From an uncultured Chloroflexia bacterium (lineage in GTDB: Bacteria; Chloroflexota; Anaerolineae; Anaerolineales; UBA4823): 64,000 nucleotides of DNA. Shown here piece by piece: positions 55,166 through 63,811 of the stretch. Under the pieces are notes generated by a model that made no database searches, had not been told where the DNA came from, and saw only the letters and a program-made list of their open reading frames with translations. The first letter of the stretch is position 1, and the number at the start of each line of letters is the position of its first letter. Position numbers and translations under genes: made by a program. The DNA lies in assembly GCA_963726315.1 (NCBI GenBank), contig CAVSBZ010000007.1:450435-514434 (forward strand). The letters are read 5' to 3'.

Positions 55166-56596
55166 TCAGATATCGTTTGCGGCAGGCTCGATGGCCATTC
55201 CATCTTGAGCTTCCTGGTGACTGATCTCCCGCCAACCGCGCCAGGCAGTAATACCTACCGTGACGGTTAAATAGGCGGATAATATTGCCGCCATCATCAA
55301 ATATCCATATTGGGGGACCAGCAATAAAATGAGCAAGATTTCGATCACCCCAACGCACACAGATACGATGAGTGGGTAGGAGGGTTTTCCGAACGCCAGG
55401 AGCAAGGGTCGGTTCCAGTTAAAGATGTTCGCCATGCCGTAGCCGACGAGCAGAATGAGCACCACCGGGTAAACAGGCAGGGTAGCTGGTCCATATACCA
55501 GGGGGATCAACCACCACCCAAATATTGCTATCCCAGCAGCAACAGCAACCGTCCACGCCCCGGCGATGGAGCTCACCTGCTTCAGCAAACTACGGGTTCG
55601 CTGCCACTGGCGCAGCGCAATCGTACGGGTAATTTCGGCGTAGGTCGGCCAAATAAAAGGGTCGATAGGTAAGGTGATGAAATTGATAATGGATAATCCA
55701 AGCTTGATATAGCCAACGTATGTTTGAGCAAGATACGCCGGGCTTAAATATGCCAGGTACAGGTAGGCACTATCGCGGGTGATCAGGTTTACTGTGCCGT
55801 TCAGGTTGGTATTAATCGCAAAACTCCAGATGCTGCGCCAATCCCGCACCAGTTTCAGGGAGGCACGCCACCATCCCCGACCCGTCGTCTCATTCATCTG
55901 CCTGAATGCCAGTATCGTAATGGCGATCCCCGCAAAGGCTTTTCCTATAAGGTAGGCTGCCAGGATAGCAACAATCCCACGGCTCAAGAAGAATGCCAGC
56001 AGGATGAGGGCAGAGGTCAGGACGCTCTGGATGGTACTGATCAGTGCCAACCAATCAAAGCGTTTGTGAGTCTGCAGAACGCCGGCGGATGTTTCATAGA
56101 CCAGATTTGCCAGCAGCATTAAACCATAAAAAGGAATTAAAACCACCGCCGAGGGATCTTTAACCAGCTTTAGCGCTGCCCAGGATGCGAGCAGGAGAAC
56201 AACCAGATATGCCAGAGTGGATGTGGCAGCTTCAACCAGACCAATGCCTTTGACCATGGCAGCAGCTTGGGCGGTATGAGCAGCCCTTTGGTCAGCAAGC
56301 GCTGATTCATTGGTCTGCTCAGGCAATTCCTTGCGCCCGGCTGCCAGCACCTGGCCCAGGTATTTAACCACCACCTCGCTCATGCGGAACGACAGCAGGC
56401 GGTTTACATTAGTGACGAAGGTTTGGACGATGGTCACCAAACCCAAACCCTCCACGCCCAGCAGCCGTGTGGTGAAGATGGAGTTGAGCATTGCCAGGGC
56501 GGCAGAAATTGTATTACTGCTGAACAGAAAACTGGAGTTTTTCAACACCCCTCTGAGCAGTTTATCTTGCCACCAGGCGCGCAGCATTTTCAACAT
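55166..56596 (-). CDS. wzx: Wzx-type oligosaccharide flippase (MOP superfamily, Polysacc_synt)
   Basis: 476 aa with about 12-14 TM. N-terminal LKNSSFLFSSNTISAALAMLNSIFTTRLLGVEGLG is typical of polysaccharide biosynthesis (Wzx/RfbX) proteins. Confidence 0.7.
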   Translation of the reverse strand: MLKMLRAWWQDKLLRGVLKNSSFLFSSNTISAALAMLNSIFTTRLLGVEGLGLVTIVQTFVTNVNRLLSFRMSEVVVKYLGQVLAAGRKELPEQTNESALADQRAAHTAQAAAMVKGIGLVEAATSTLAYLVVLLLASWAALKLVKDPSAVVLIPFYGLMLLANLVYETSAGVLQTHKRFDWLALISTIQSVLTSALILLAFFLSRGIVAILAAYLIGKAFAGIAITILAFRQMNETTGRGWWRASLKLVRDWRSIWSFAINTNLNGTVNLITRDSAYLYLAYLSPAYLAQTYVGYIKLGLSIINFITLPIDPFIWPTYAEITRTIALRQWQRTRSLLKQVSSIAGAWTVAVAAGIAIFGWWLIPLVYGPATLPVYPVVLILLVGYGMANIFNWNRPLLLAFGKPSYPLIVSVCVGVIEILLILLLVPQYGYLMMAAILSAYLTVTVGITAWRGWREISHQEAQDGMAIEPAANDI

Positions 56597-56649
56597 ATTC
56601 GGGTGGATTTAATTACACGTATGGATGAATAAACAGAAGGTGGAAAACA

Positions 56650-57630
56650 TTACGGGGTAAGGATCTCGCTCGCCCATGAACGTTCGTGGTTGTACCAATC
56701 CACCAGCTGAGCAACACCTTGTGCCATGCCGGTGGCAGGTATCCAATCCAAGACCCTGCCAGCTTTGCTGATATCCGCCCAATTTGTAGTCATATCTGCC
56801 GGGTGGGCGGGGAATTGCTCAATGTGTGCTTTTTTACCCGTTAGCGCTTCGAGCATACGGATCAATTCATTGATCTTAATCACTTCGTGACCACCAAGGT
56901 TGATGATCTCATACCCTAGAGGTTTTAAACCAAGCAGCGTGCCTCGGGCGATGTCTTCCACATAGGTGAAGCCGCGTGATTGCTCTCCATCCCCATTCAA
57001 TCTGAGTATCCGACCTTCGCTCAGCCATTGGGTGAAGCGGAACATCACCATGTCTGGGCGGGGTGCAGGTCCATAGACGGTAAAGTAGCGGAAGATAGTG
57101 ACGTCTAAACCATATAAATAATGGTAGACGTGGCACATCACTTCAGCACTTTTCTTTGTGGCTGCATACGCCTGAAGTGGAAGGTCACTACTGAATGATT
57201 CGGGGGTGGGTAAGGGAGCGTTGCTGCCGTATACACTCGATGTGGAGGCGAGGATAAACTTTGAGATGTTAAGCTCACGGCAGTATTCAAGTAAGTTCAA
57301 TGTGCCGGTAATGTTAGTATCTGAATACACCCATGGATTTTCGACCGACTGGCGCACGCCTGCCCGCGCTGCCAGGTTGATCACTGCATCATAAGACGTC
57401 TGCCTGAGGGGTGAGGCATTCGAAAATGTCATCCGATCTGCAATATCCAAACGCTGGAAATTAAATCCAGGATTTTCCTGCAGCTGTTTCAGCCGGTATT
57501 CCTTCATGCGCACATCGTAGGCATCATTCATATTATCCACACCTACGACGGTGTGACCAGCATCCAGCAGCATCCGGATCACGCTGGAGGCGATAAAACC
57601 AGCAGCACCCGTAACCAGGTAATTCCCCAT
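56650..57630 (-). CDS. NAD-dependent nucleotide-sugar 4-epimerase (UDP-glucuronate 4-epimerase-like)
   Basis: YLVTGAAGFIASSV, VDNMNDAYDVRMKEYRL, STSSVYG, YAATKKSAE, FTVYGPAPRPDM. Confidence 0.7.
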   Translation of the reverse strand: MGNYLVTGAAGFIASSVIRMLLDAGHTVVGVDNMNDAYDVRMKEYRLKQLQENPGFNFQRLDIADRMTFSNASPLRQTSYDAVINLAARAGVRQSVENPWVYSDTNITGTLNLLEYCRELNISKFILASTSSVYGSNAPLPTPESFSSDLPLQAYAATKKSAEVMCHVYHYLYGLDVTIFRYFTVYGPAPRPDMVMFRFTQWLSEGRILRLNGDGEQSRGFTYVEDIARGTLLGLKPLGYEIINLGGHEVIKINELIRMLEALTGKKAHIEQFPAHPADMTTNWADISKAGRVLDWIPATGMAQGVAQLVDWYNHERSWASEILTP

Positions 57631-57633
57631 AAC

Positions 57634-58956
57634 TTAAAGACGGACGACCTTGGGATTGTTCTTGCCCATTTTCCCCAGTGCATTTCGGCTGTCAAAGATG
57701 AACTTGGCTTCTTTGAGGATCGCCTTGTAGTCGTATATTGAGTGGTTAGTGATTATGACGACACAATCTGCATGGCGGACCGCATCCATCACATCGGTGA
57801 CGCTCTCCATCTCGATATCATCGTGGGTGCGCAGGTGGGGAATATACGGGTCATGGTACTCCACTTGGGCCCCTTTCTTCTGGAGCAGGCCTATCACGTC
57901 CAATGCAGGAGATTCACGAATATCGTCAATATCAGGTTTATAAGCTGCTCCCAAAACCAGGCATTTGGCGCCTTTCAGCGTCGTACCCCGGTCATTGAAC
58001 GCATCGATTACTCTGCTGACCACATAGCGCGGCATGTTGGTGTTGATATCTGCGGCTAACTCGATAAAGCGGGCATTGTACTGAAAGGCTTTCATTTTCC
58101 ACGATAAATATAATGGATCAATGGGGATGCAGTGACCGCCAAGACCGGGACCCGGAGTGAACTTCATAAATCCAAAGGGTTTGCTGGCTGCTGCATCGAT
58201 TACTTCCCACACATCCACACCCAGGCGCTCACACATGATCGCCAGCTCATTCACCAGGCCGATGTTGATCATGCGGAAGGTGTTCTCGAGCAATTTGGAG
58301 AGTTCAGCCGTCTCAGCTGATGACACTGGAACCACCGTCTTGAGGGCTTCCGCATACCAGGCTGCCGCCACTTCGCTACATTCCTCTGTGATACCCCCAA
58401 TCACCTTGGGAGTATTGAGGGTGGTCCAATCCTCGCGTCCAGGGTCAACCCTTTCTGGCGAAAATGCCAGGAAAAAATCTTTTCCAACGACAAGTCCCTT
58501 TTCCTTGCCAAGTTTTGGCAGGAGCACCTCACGCGTTGTGCCGGGATAAGTAGTCGATTCGAGCACAATGATCATGCCCGGGTGGATATATTTAGCCAGC
58601 TCTTCGGTGGCGCTCAAGATGAACGACATGTCGGGGTCACCGGTTTTCCGCAGCGGGGTGGGGACGCAGATACTGACCGCATCGCACTGGCGCAGAGCTG
58701 AGAAATCGGTGGTGGCAGATAACTTCCCCTCCTTCAACAGTTTGCCTATCTGTTTATCAGAAACATCCTGGATGTAACTTTCACCTTTATTTAGCGCATT
58801 TACCTTACGAGGGTCCGGATCGATACCGATAATTTGAAAGCCTGCCTCGCCAAACGCAGTTGCCAGAGGTAAGCCTACATACCCCAAGCCGAGTATACCA
58901 ATTTTGGCAGTGTGATCTTTTAGGGATTTTAGTAATTCAGCTTTTTCAGCGTTCAT
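57634..58956 (-). CDS. Nucleotide-sugar 6-dehydrogenase (UDP-glucose/GDP-mannose dehydrogenase family; TviB/WbpO/WecC-like)
   Basis: IGILGLGYVGLPLATAF, GGHCIPID catalytic Cys motif, LGAAYKPDIDDIRESP. Confidence 0.85.
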   Translation of the reverse strand: MNAEKAELLKSLKDHTAKIGILGLGYVGLPLATAFGEAGFQIIGIDPDPRKVNALNKGESYIQDVSDKQIGKLLKEGKLSATTDFSALRQCDAVSICVPTPLRKTGDPDMSFILSATEELAKYIHPGMIIVLESTTYPGTTREVLLPKLGKEKGLVVGKDFFLAFSPERVDPGREDWTTLNTPKVIGGITEECSEVAAAWYAEALKTVVPVSSAETAELSKLLENTFRMINIGLVNELAIMCERLGVDVWEVIDAAASKPFGFMKFTPGPGLGGHCIPIDPLYLSWKMKAFQYNARFIELAADINTNMPRYVVSRVIDAFNDRGTTLKGAKCLVLGAAYKPDIDDIRESPALDVIGLLQKKGAQVEYHDPYIPHLRTHDDIEMESVTDVMDAVRHADCVVIITNHSIYDYKAILKEAKFIFDSRNALGKMGKNNPKVVRL

Positions 58957-58978
58957 AGCTCCTCTTTACTGACAAATA

Positions 58979-59626
58979 TCAGAACAAGCTCAGCTGGGTG
59001 GGTTCTGATTTATCTTCAGGTGGTTTTACATCTTCGATTTTAGGGGAATTGTCTTTCTTAGCAATCAGCTCAGGCAGATTTAAAAAATCGCGCTCTATAG
59101 ACATCTTCAGCGAAGGCTGGTGTAATGCTGCTGCTGGATGGAACATGGGTACCACCAGCCTGCCTTTAATACGGTAGGACTGCCCGTGGACATCGCTGAT
59201 CTTGGCATTAGGCAGAAAGCGTGCCATCGAATATCGCCCCAGAGTAACGATCACCCTGGGATTGATCACCTGGATCTGGCGTTCAAGGTAATCACTGCAA
59301 GCCGCCAGCTCCTCAGGCAAGGGATCGCGGTTATTGGGTGGCCGGCATTTAACTACATTACCAATAAATACATCCTGGCGTTGAAGGTTTATTTTTGCCA
59401 GCAATTCTTCCAGGTATTTCCCGGCGGCACCTACAAAAGGGCGGCCCTGTTCATTTTCATGGAACCCGGGTCCTTCTCCAATAAACATAAGCTCAGCGTC
59501 CACTGGTCCCTCGCCAGGGACAGCCAGTTTTCGTGAATGATGCAGCATACAACGCTCACAAACTGAAACCTCCCGGGCAATTTGAGCCAGGGATGCTTCA
59601 GCAAGCTGTTTTTTTTCTTCGTCCAC
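58979..59626 (-). CDS. udg: Family 4 uracil-DNA glycosylase (Fe-S type)
   Basis: CERCMLHHSRKLAVPGEGPVDAELMFIGEGPGFHENEQGRPFVGAAGKYL, VKCRPP, HPAA. GTG start with AAGGAG 7 nt upstream. Confidence 0.85.
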   Translation of the reverse strand: MDEEKKQLAEASLAQIAREVSVCERCMLHHSRKLAVPGEGPVDAELMFIGEGPGFHENEQGRPFVGAAGKYLEELLAKINLQRQDVFIGNVVKCRPPNNRDPLPEELAACSDYLERQIQVINPRVIVTLGRYSMARFLPNAKISDVHGQSYRIKGRLVVPMFHPAAALHQPSLKMSIERDFLNLPELIAKKDNSPKIEDVKPPEDKSEPTQLSLF

Positions 59627-59696
59627 AAGCTGTCTCCTTGAAAATGTGGCGTAAGTATAAAGGATATCCCCTCAATATCCAAGGTCGATTCTCTAC

Positions 59697-60200
59697 CTAA
59701 ATTTCCACACTTTCCAACCAGGTCAGGTATCTGGGTCCTAATTTCTTGAGGGTCATTAAAACAGCATCTTCGTTATTGTCCTGGTAATATCTCAAACGGC
59801 GACCAACGATTTTAAAACCAAATTTTTTATACATCTGCTGGGCTGCCAGGTTATGCTCACGGACTTCCAGGGTGGCGAGTACTGCACCCCGCTGTGCGGA
59901 TTGGCGCAAAGTCTCAGATAGCAGTTTTTTACCAATCCCATGCCCGCGAAATTGTGGATGAACTGCAATCGTGGCAATGTGCGCTTCATCGACCATGATC
60001 CAAACGACAGTCATGCCAACGGTGATGGGGGTCGCCCCCGGCGGTACCAGGTCGACCACAATTGCGAGTGTGGTCGGGTTTTTGGTCAGCTCGAATTGAT
60101 AGGATTTCTCAGGCCAGGGCAATGAGAATGACAAGACATCGATCTCATGGACCCTGGGGATGTCTTCCAATATCATCTGGCGGAAGTGTAGTGAATACAT
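59697..60200 (-). CDS. rimI: Ribosomal-protein-alanine N-acetyltransferase (GNAT)
   Basis: GNAT motif A QFRGHGIGKKLL; located directly downstream of tsaE-tsaB, the conserved context. Confidence 0.75.
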   Translation of the reverse strand: MYSLHFRQMILEDIPRVHEIDVLSFSLPWPEKSYQFELTKNPTTLAIVVDLVPPGATPITVGMTVVWIMVDEAHIATIAVHPQFRGHGIGKKLLSETLRQSAQRGAVLATLEVREHNLAAQQMYKKFGFKIVGRRLRYYQDNNEDAVLMTLKKLGPRYLTWLESVEI

Positions 60201-60283
60201 CTAAGCTGGATGAAGCAAGTCAATCCCACCGGTAATGGGCTTGTTTTTTTATGATTAGCTGGAGGATCAGCGGGGAAAGCAGA

Positions 60284-60955
60284 TTAATCCGGTATCGGCT
60301 CACCCTGGTGCAGGTAGGTTGGCGAAATGGTTGCTGGGTCGTCGACATCTCCGGCTTCCCAGCGCCTCCAGGCAAGCTCCGCCAGGAAAGCAGGGCGTCT
60401 CACCGAATGAGCGGGTGAAGCCAGGATGACATTCTTATATTTCCTCGCCAGAGTATGTTGCTGCGTTTCAGTCAGCTCCCCACAAACCAGAGTGGGCTCC
60501 TGAATTTGATGGGTGAGCTTGATGGCGTCCATGATCTCTAATGGGGGGAGCAGCTGCCAGCGACCATCAGCAGCGGTGTACCATCCAACGGCCAGCCGAC
60601 CACGGCCTGCCTGGAGAACCGCAGCTAAAGTGATTCCAAGCGAGACCGGCTGAGATTCAGCAACAATATCCAGGGTTGGTATTCCAATGATCGGCAGGTG
60701 GCATGCCAGGGCAATGCCTTTGGTTAAGGCCAGACCGATACGTAACCCGGTAAATGACCCTGGGCCTGTTGCCACAGCTACAAGCTTGAGGTTATGTATA
60801 TCATAATTAGCACGTGAGAGTGTTGCAGCGACTGCCGGGGCAAGCTCAACAGTATGGTAATCCTGGCTTGCCCAAATGGTCTCACTGACCACCCGGATGC
60901 CATCATAGATGGCGATGCCCACATTGTGGGTGGAGGTATCAATAGCTAAAAGCAC
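60284..60955 (-). CDS. tsaB: tRNA t6A37 biosynthesis protein TsaB (YeaZ)
   Basis: MLLAIDTSTHNVGIAIYDG and VATGPGSFTGLRIGL motifs. Confidence 0.85.
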   Translation of the reverse strand: MLLAIDTSTHNVGIAIYDGIRVVSETIWASQDYHTVELAPAVAATLSRANYDIHNLKLVAVATGPGSFTGLRIGLALTKGIALACHLPIIGIPTLDIVAESQPVSLGITLAAVLQAGRGRLAVGWYTAADGRWQLLPPLEIMDAIKLTHQIQEPTLVCGELTETQQHTLARKYKNVILASPAHSVRRPAFLAELAWRRWEAGDVDDPATISPTYLHQGEPIPD

Positions 60956-61450
60956 TCAGCCTCCATAGACCAATTTACGAAACCGGGAGAGTAAATCTTG
61001 ATAATAATCACCCCGACCCGAAAAAACCAGGTCACGTTGGACATCATCGATGTAGTTTAGGTGCACCCATAACCCTTCTGCTGGCAGAACATTCTGGACG
61101 CGCTCCGCCCACTCGACAACCATGGGACCCTGATCGAGCATATTATCCAAATCGAGCTCAATTGCTTCAGCCGAACCGTTCAGACGGTAAGCATCTAAGT
61201 GAAATAAACGCAGACCATCCGTATGGCGGTATACGTTAACTAGCACAAAAGTCGGGCTGGAGACTTGATCGAACGTTCCCCAACCCGCTGCAATTCCTTG
61301 TACCAGTGTGGTTTTTCCTGAGCCAAGATCACCTACCAGGGCGACCAGGTCGCCGGGTTTGAGCAGTGCACCGAGCCGCATGCCCACCCGCCGGGTTTGT
61401 TCAGTGCTTCGGCTGATGATCTCCAGGGAATGTGAATCAAGGATGGGCAT
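60956..61450 (-). CDS. tsaE: tRNA t6A37 biosynthesis ATPase TsaE (YjeE)
   Basis: LVGDLGSGKTTLVQGIA P-loop, SPTFVL, HLDAYRL. Confidence 0.85.
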   Translation of the reverse strand: MPILDSHSLEIISRSTEQTRRVGMRLGALLKPGDLVALVGDLGSGKTTLVQGIAAGWGTFDQVSSPTFVLVNVYRHTDGLRLFHLDAYRLNGSAEAIELDLDNMLDQGPMVVEWAERVQNVLPAEGLWVHLNYIDDVQRDLVFSGRGDYYQDLLSRFRKLVYGG

Positions 61451-61456
61451 AGGAGG

Positions 61457-61462
61457 ATTATA
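61457..61462 (-). promoter_or_regulatory. Candidate -10 box (TATAAT) 6 nt upstream of the tsaE ATG (leaderless-type spacing)
   Basis: Minus strand reads GCTGTATAAT-CCTCCT-ATG. Confidence 0.35.
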
Positions 61463-61535
61463 CAGCGGATTATTAAAAATGGATAATAATATCCACTGGA
61501 CGGACGCTTGCGTGAATACGCTGATGTGATAATGG

Positions 61536-63716
61536 CTATCCTTTCGTCTTCAGGTTCGCCAGAGAAGCAGCCACGCGTTTCATCCCAATATTTTCAAAGA
61601 ATATATCCACAATTTCATCATCATCCTGCATACGGCTGCTCAATACCATCCCTTCACCCCAAACAGGATGCACGACATGGGAACCGGGTTTATATTTTTG
61701 CGTATTGACCCGTGCACTTGCAGCGCGTTTTGAGTCCCATCGCATCGCGCTTAAATCAAAGCTGGCTAACCTCGATGGTCGCATAGCACGCATGGAGGCG
61801 GTTTCTTCCAGCAAATGTTCGGGGATATCAGATAGGAAGCGTGATGGTACGACCGGTTCCGGGTAGCCAAAGGAACTCCGATTTTGGGCATAGATCAAAT
61901 ACAGGCGGTCTTTTGCCCGCGTGATTCCCACATACAACAACCGCCGTTCCTCCTGCATCGATTCTGGGTCATCAAATGAGCGTGAATGGGGAAGCGTACC
62001 GTCATTCAATCCAGCAATGAAGACTACCGGGTATTCCAATCCCTTGGCTGCATGCAACGTAAGCAGCGTGGGCACATTGGCGCTGGTTTCAATGGTGTCC
62101 TGGTCGGAGACCAGGGCGATGTTTTCAAGGAATTCGCTCACTGTCCGATCCTGGTATTCGGCAGCCAGGCGCCGCAGCTCCATCACGTTTTCCCAACGGT
62201 CGCTGCCTTCGTCAGTCCCATCATCGATATAGCCGTGGTAATCCGTCTGGTCGATAATTTGGTCCATGATATACAAAGGAGCAAGCTCATTCACCTGGGA
62301 GGTCAATCTGGAAAACAGCTCCCCAAAGCCTGCCAGGAGAGACAGCGCCCGGTGGGGAATTAAATCTTTAAATGGTTCAGGATCGCGTCCCATTTCGAGC
62401 AAAAGCCTTCCAGGGGTCAGGTTCACTTTCTGGGCGTGTGTGCGCAGGATCTGCAAGGTTTTATCACCAATCCCGCGTTGTGGCACATTAATCACTCGGA
62501 TGAGACTTGGCTCATCATCGGGGTTATGCACAAGGCGCATATAGGCGATGATATCTTTCACTTCTCGGCGACCATAGAAACGCTGCGCACCGACGAGTTT
62601 GTACGGCAGACCGGCGTGGAGAAATGCTTCTTCCAGAAGGCGGGATTGGGCATTTGTTCGATACATAACGGCCACATCACCCGGTTTAATCTGGTTCCGT
62701 CCAACCAGGCTGGAAGTGGTATCCACAATGAATGAAGCTTCCTGGCGGTCATCGTAGGTTTCGTGCAGGATAACTTTAAGACCCTCAGCGCGCTCGGTGA
62801 ATAATTGCTTGGGAGTCCGGTTTGGGTTCGGGTCGATGATTGCCATGGCGACATCCAGGATTTGCTGGGTGGAGCGATAATTTTGTTCAAGTAAGATAAT
62901 CTGGGCGGCTGGGTAATCTTGCTCAAATCGCAGCACATTGCGATAATCTGCTCCTCGCCAGCGATAGATCGATTGGTCAGCGTCACCGACGGCGAAGATA
63001 TTATTGTGATATGACGCAAGCCTGCTCAACAGGGTGTATTGTGCCAGGTTGGTATCTTGGAATTCATCCACCAGGATGTGCTCGTAGCGTCGGGAGTACC
63101 GTTCTCGTACAGCAGGGTTATCTTCCAATAGGGCTGCAGTGTAGAGCAGCAGGTCGTCAAAATCAACCGCATTGTTGGTCAACAGCATCTGCTGGTAGCC
63201 AATGTACACCCGCTTGATGACTTCGTCGCGATAAGTTTGCACCGGGTATTCATCTGGAAGGAGCAGCTCATTCTTGGCGTTTGAGATCGAATTCAAAATC
63301 GCCAGAGGGCGGTATTGTTTATCATCCAGGTTAAGATCCAGGATGACGCGTTTGACCAGGCTCAGCTGGTCATCTTCGTCGAAGATAACGTAGTTCGAGT
63401 TGAATGGCAGGAGTTCAGCTTCACGGCGCAGGATGCGCGCGCAGATGGCGTGAAACGTACCCAGGGTAATCCCACGGGCATTATCTTCGCCCAGTAAATT
63501 GAACACCCGGTTTTCCATCTCACGGGCAGCCTTATTGGTGAAGGTGACTGCCAGGATGTTATAGGGTCGTACACCCATCTTGCCGATCAAATAGGCGATT
63601 CGGTGGGTGAGGACGCGCGTTTTGCCAGAACCGGGTCCCGCCATTACCAGGACGGGACCCAAGCCAACCATTACTGCCTGTTGTTGTTGTGCATTTAGAC
63701 CAGTGAGCAGGTCCAT
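61536..63716 (-). CDS. pcrA: ATP-dependent DNA helicase PcrA/UvrD
   Basis: LNAQQQQAV..PVLVMAGPGSGKTRVLTHRIAYLI, TFTNKAAREM, VDEFQDTN, LEQNYRST, VMYRTN, LHAAKGLEYPVVF, VGITRAK. Confidence 0.9.
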   Translation of the reverse strand: MDLLTGLNAQQQQAVMVGLGPVLVMAGPGSGKTRVLTHRIAYLIGKMGVRPYNILAVTFTNKAAREMENRVFNLLGEDNARGITLGTFHAICARILRREAELLPFNSNYVIFDEDDQLSLVKRVILDLNLDDKQYRPLAILNSISNAKNELLLPDEYPVQTYRDEVIKRVYIGYQQMLLTNNAVDFDDLLLYTAALLEDNPAVRERYSRRYEHILVDEFQDTNLAQYTLLSRLASYHNNIFAVGDADQSIYRWRGADYRNVLRFEQDYPAAQIILLEQNYRSTQQILDVAMAIIDPNPNRTPKQLFTERAEGLKVILHETYDDRQEASFIVDTTSSLVGRNQIKPGDVAVMYRTNAQSRLLEEAFLHAGLPYKLVGAQRFYGRREVKDIIAYMRLVHNPDDEPSLIRVINVPQRGIGDKTLQILRTHAQKVNLTPGRLLLEMGRDPEPFKDLIPHRALSLLAGFGELFSRLTSQVNELAPLYIMDQIIDQTDYHGYIDDGTDEGSDRWENVMELRRLAAEYQDRTVSEFLENIALVSDQDTIETSANVPTLLTLHAAKGLEYPVVFIAGLNDGTLPHSRSFDDPESMQEERRLLYVGITRAKDRLYLIYAQNRSSFGYPEPVVPSRFLSDIPEHLLEETASMRAMRPSRLASFDLSAMRWDSKRAASARVNTQKYKPGSHVVHPVWGEGMVLSSRMQDDDEIVDIFFENIGMKRVAASLANLKTKG

Positions 63717-63723
63717 CCGGCAA

Positions 63724-63729
63724 ATTCTA
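63724..63729 (-). promoter_or_regulatory. Candidate extended -10 (TGgTAGAAT) 7 nt upstream of the pcrA ATG
   Basis: Minus strand reads TTATGGTAGAAT-TTGCCGG-ATG. Confidence 0.35.
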
Positions 63730-63776
63730 CCATAATTACAAATTCGGCATCTTTTAAGATGAAAAGAGGTTGCCGG

Positions 63777-63805
63777 TTGTCAAGATTATGGCTCTAAGCT
63801 AAAAT
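63777..63805 (+). promoter_or_regulatory. Candidate sigma70-type promoter TTGTCA-17 nt-TAAAAT, 6 nt upstream of the holB ATG
   Basis: ttgtca (63777..63782), 17-nt spacer, taaaat (63800..63805), cacagc, ATG 63812. Confidence 0.4.
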
Positions 63806-63811
63806 CACAGC

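Noticed and set aside
59609-59616. A8 homopolymer (T8 on the plus strand) in codons 3-6 of the uracil-DNA glycosylase gene, as a possible phase-variation tract
   Set aside because: The frame is intact, it encodes a plausible EEKK stretch, and there is no biological rationale for phase-varying a housekeeping repair gene.
59662-59680. Hairpin GGATAT-N7-ATATCC after rimI, as an intrinsic terminator
   Set aside because: The stem is only 6 bp and AT-rich, with a poor U-tract. The udg RBS follows immediately, so read-through is as likely as termination.
59697-61450. GNAT acetyltransferase plus a small ATPase, as a possible toxin-antitoxin or defence module
   Set aside because: The gene order tsaE-tsaB-rimI and the diagnostic motifs identify the conserved t6A/RimI housekeeping cluster.
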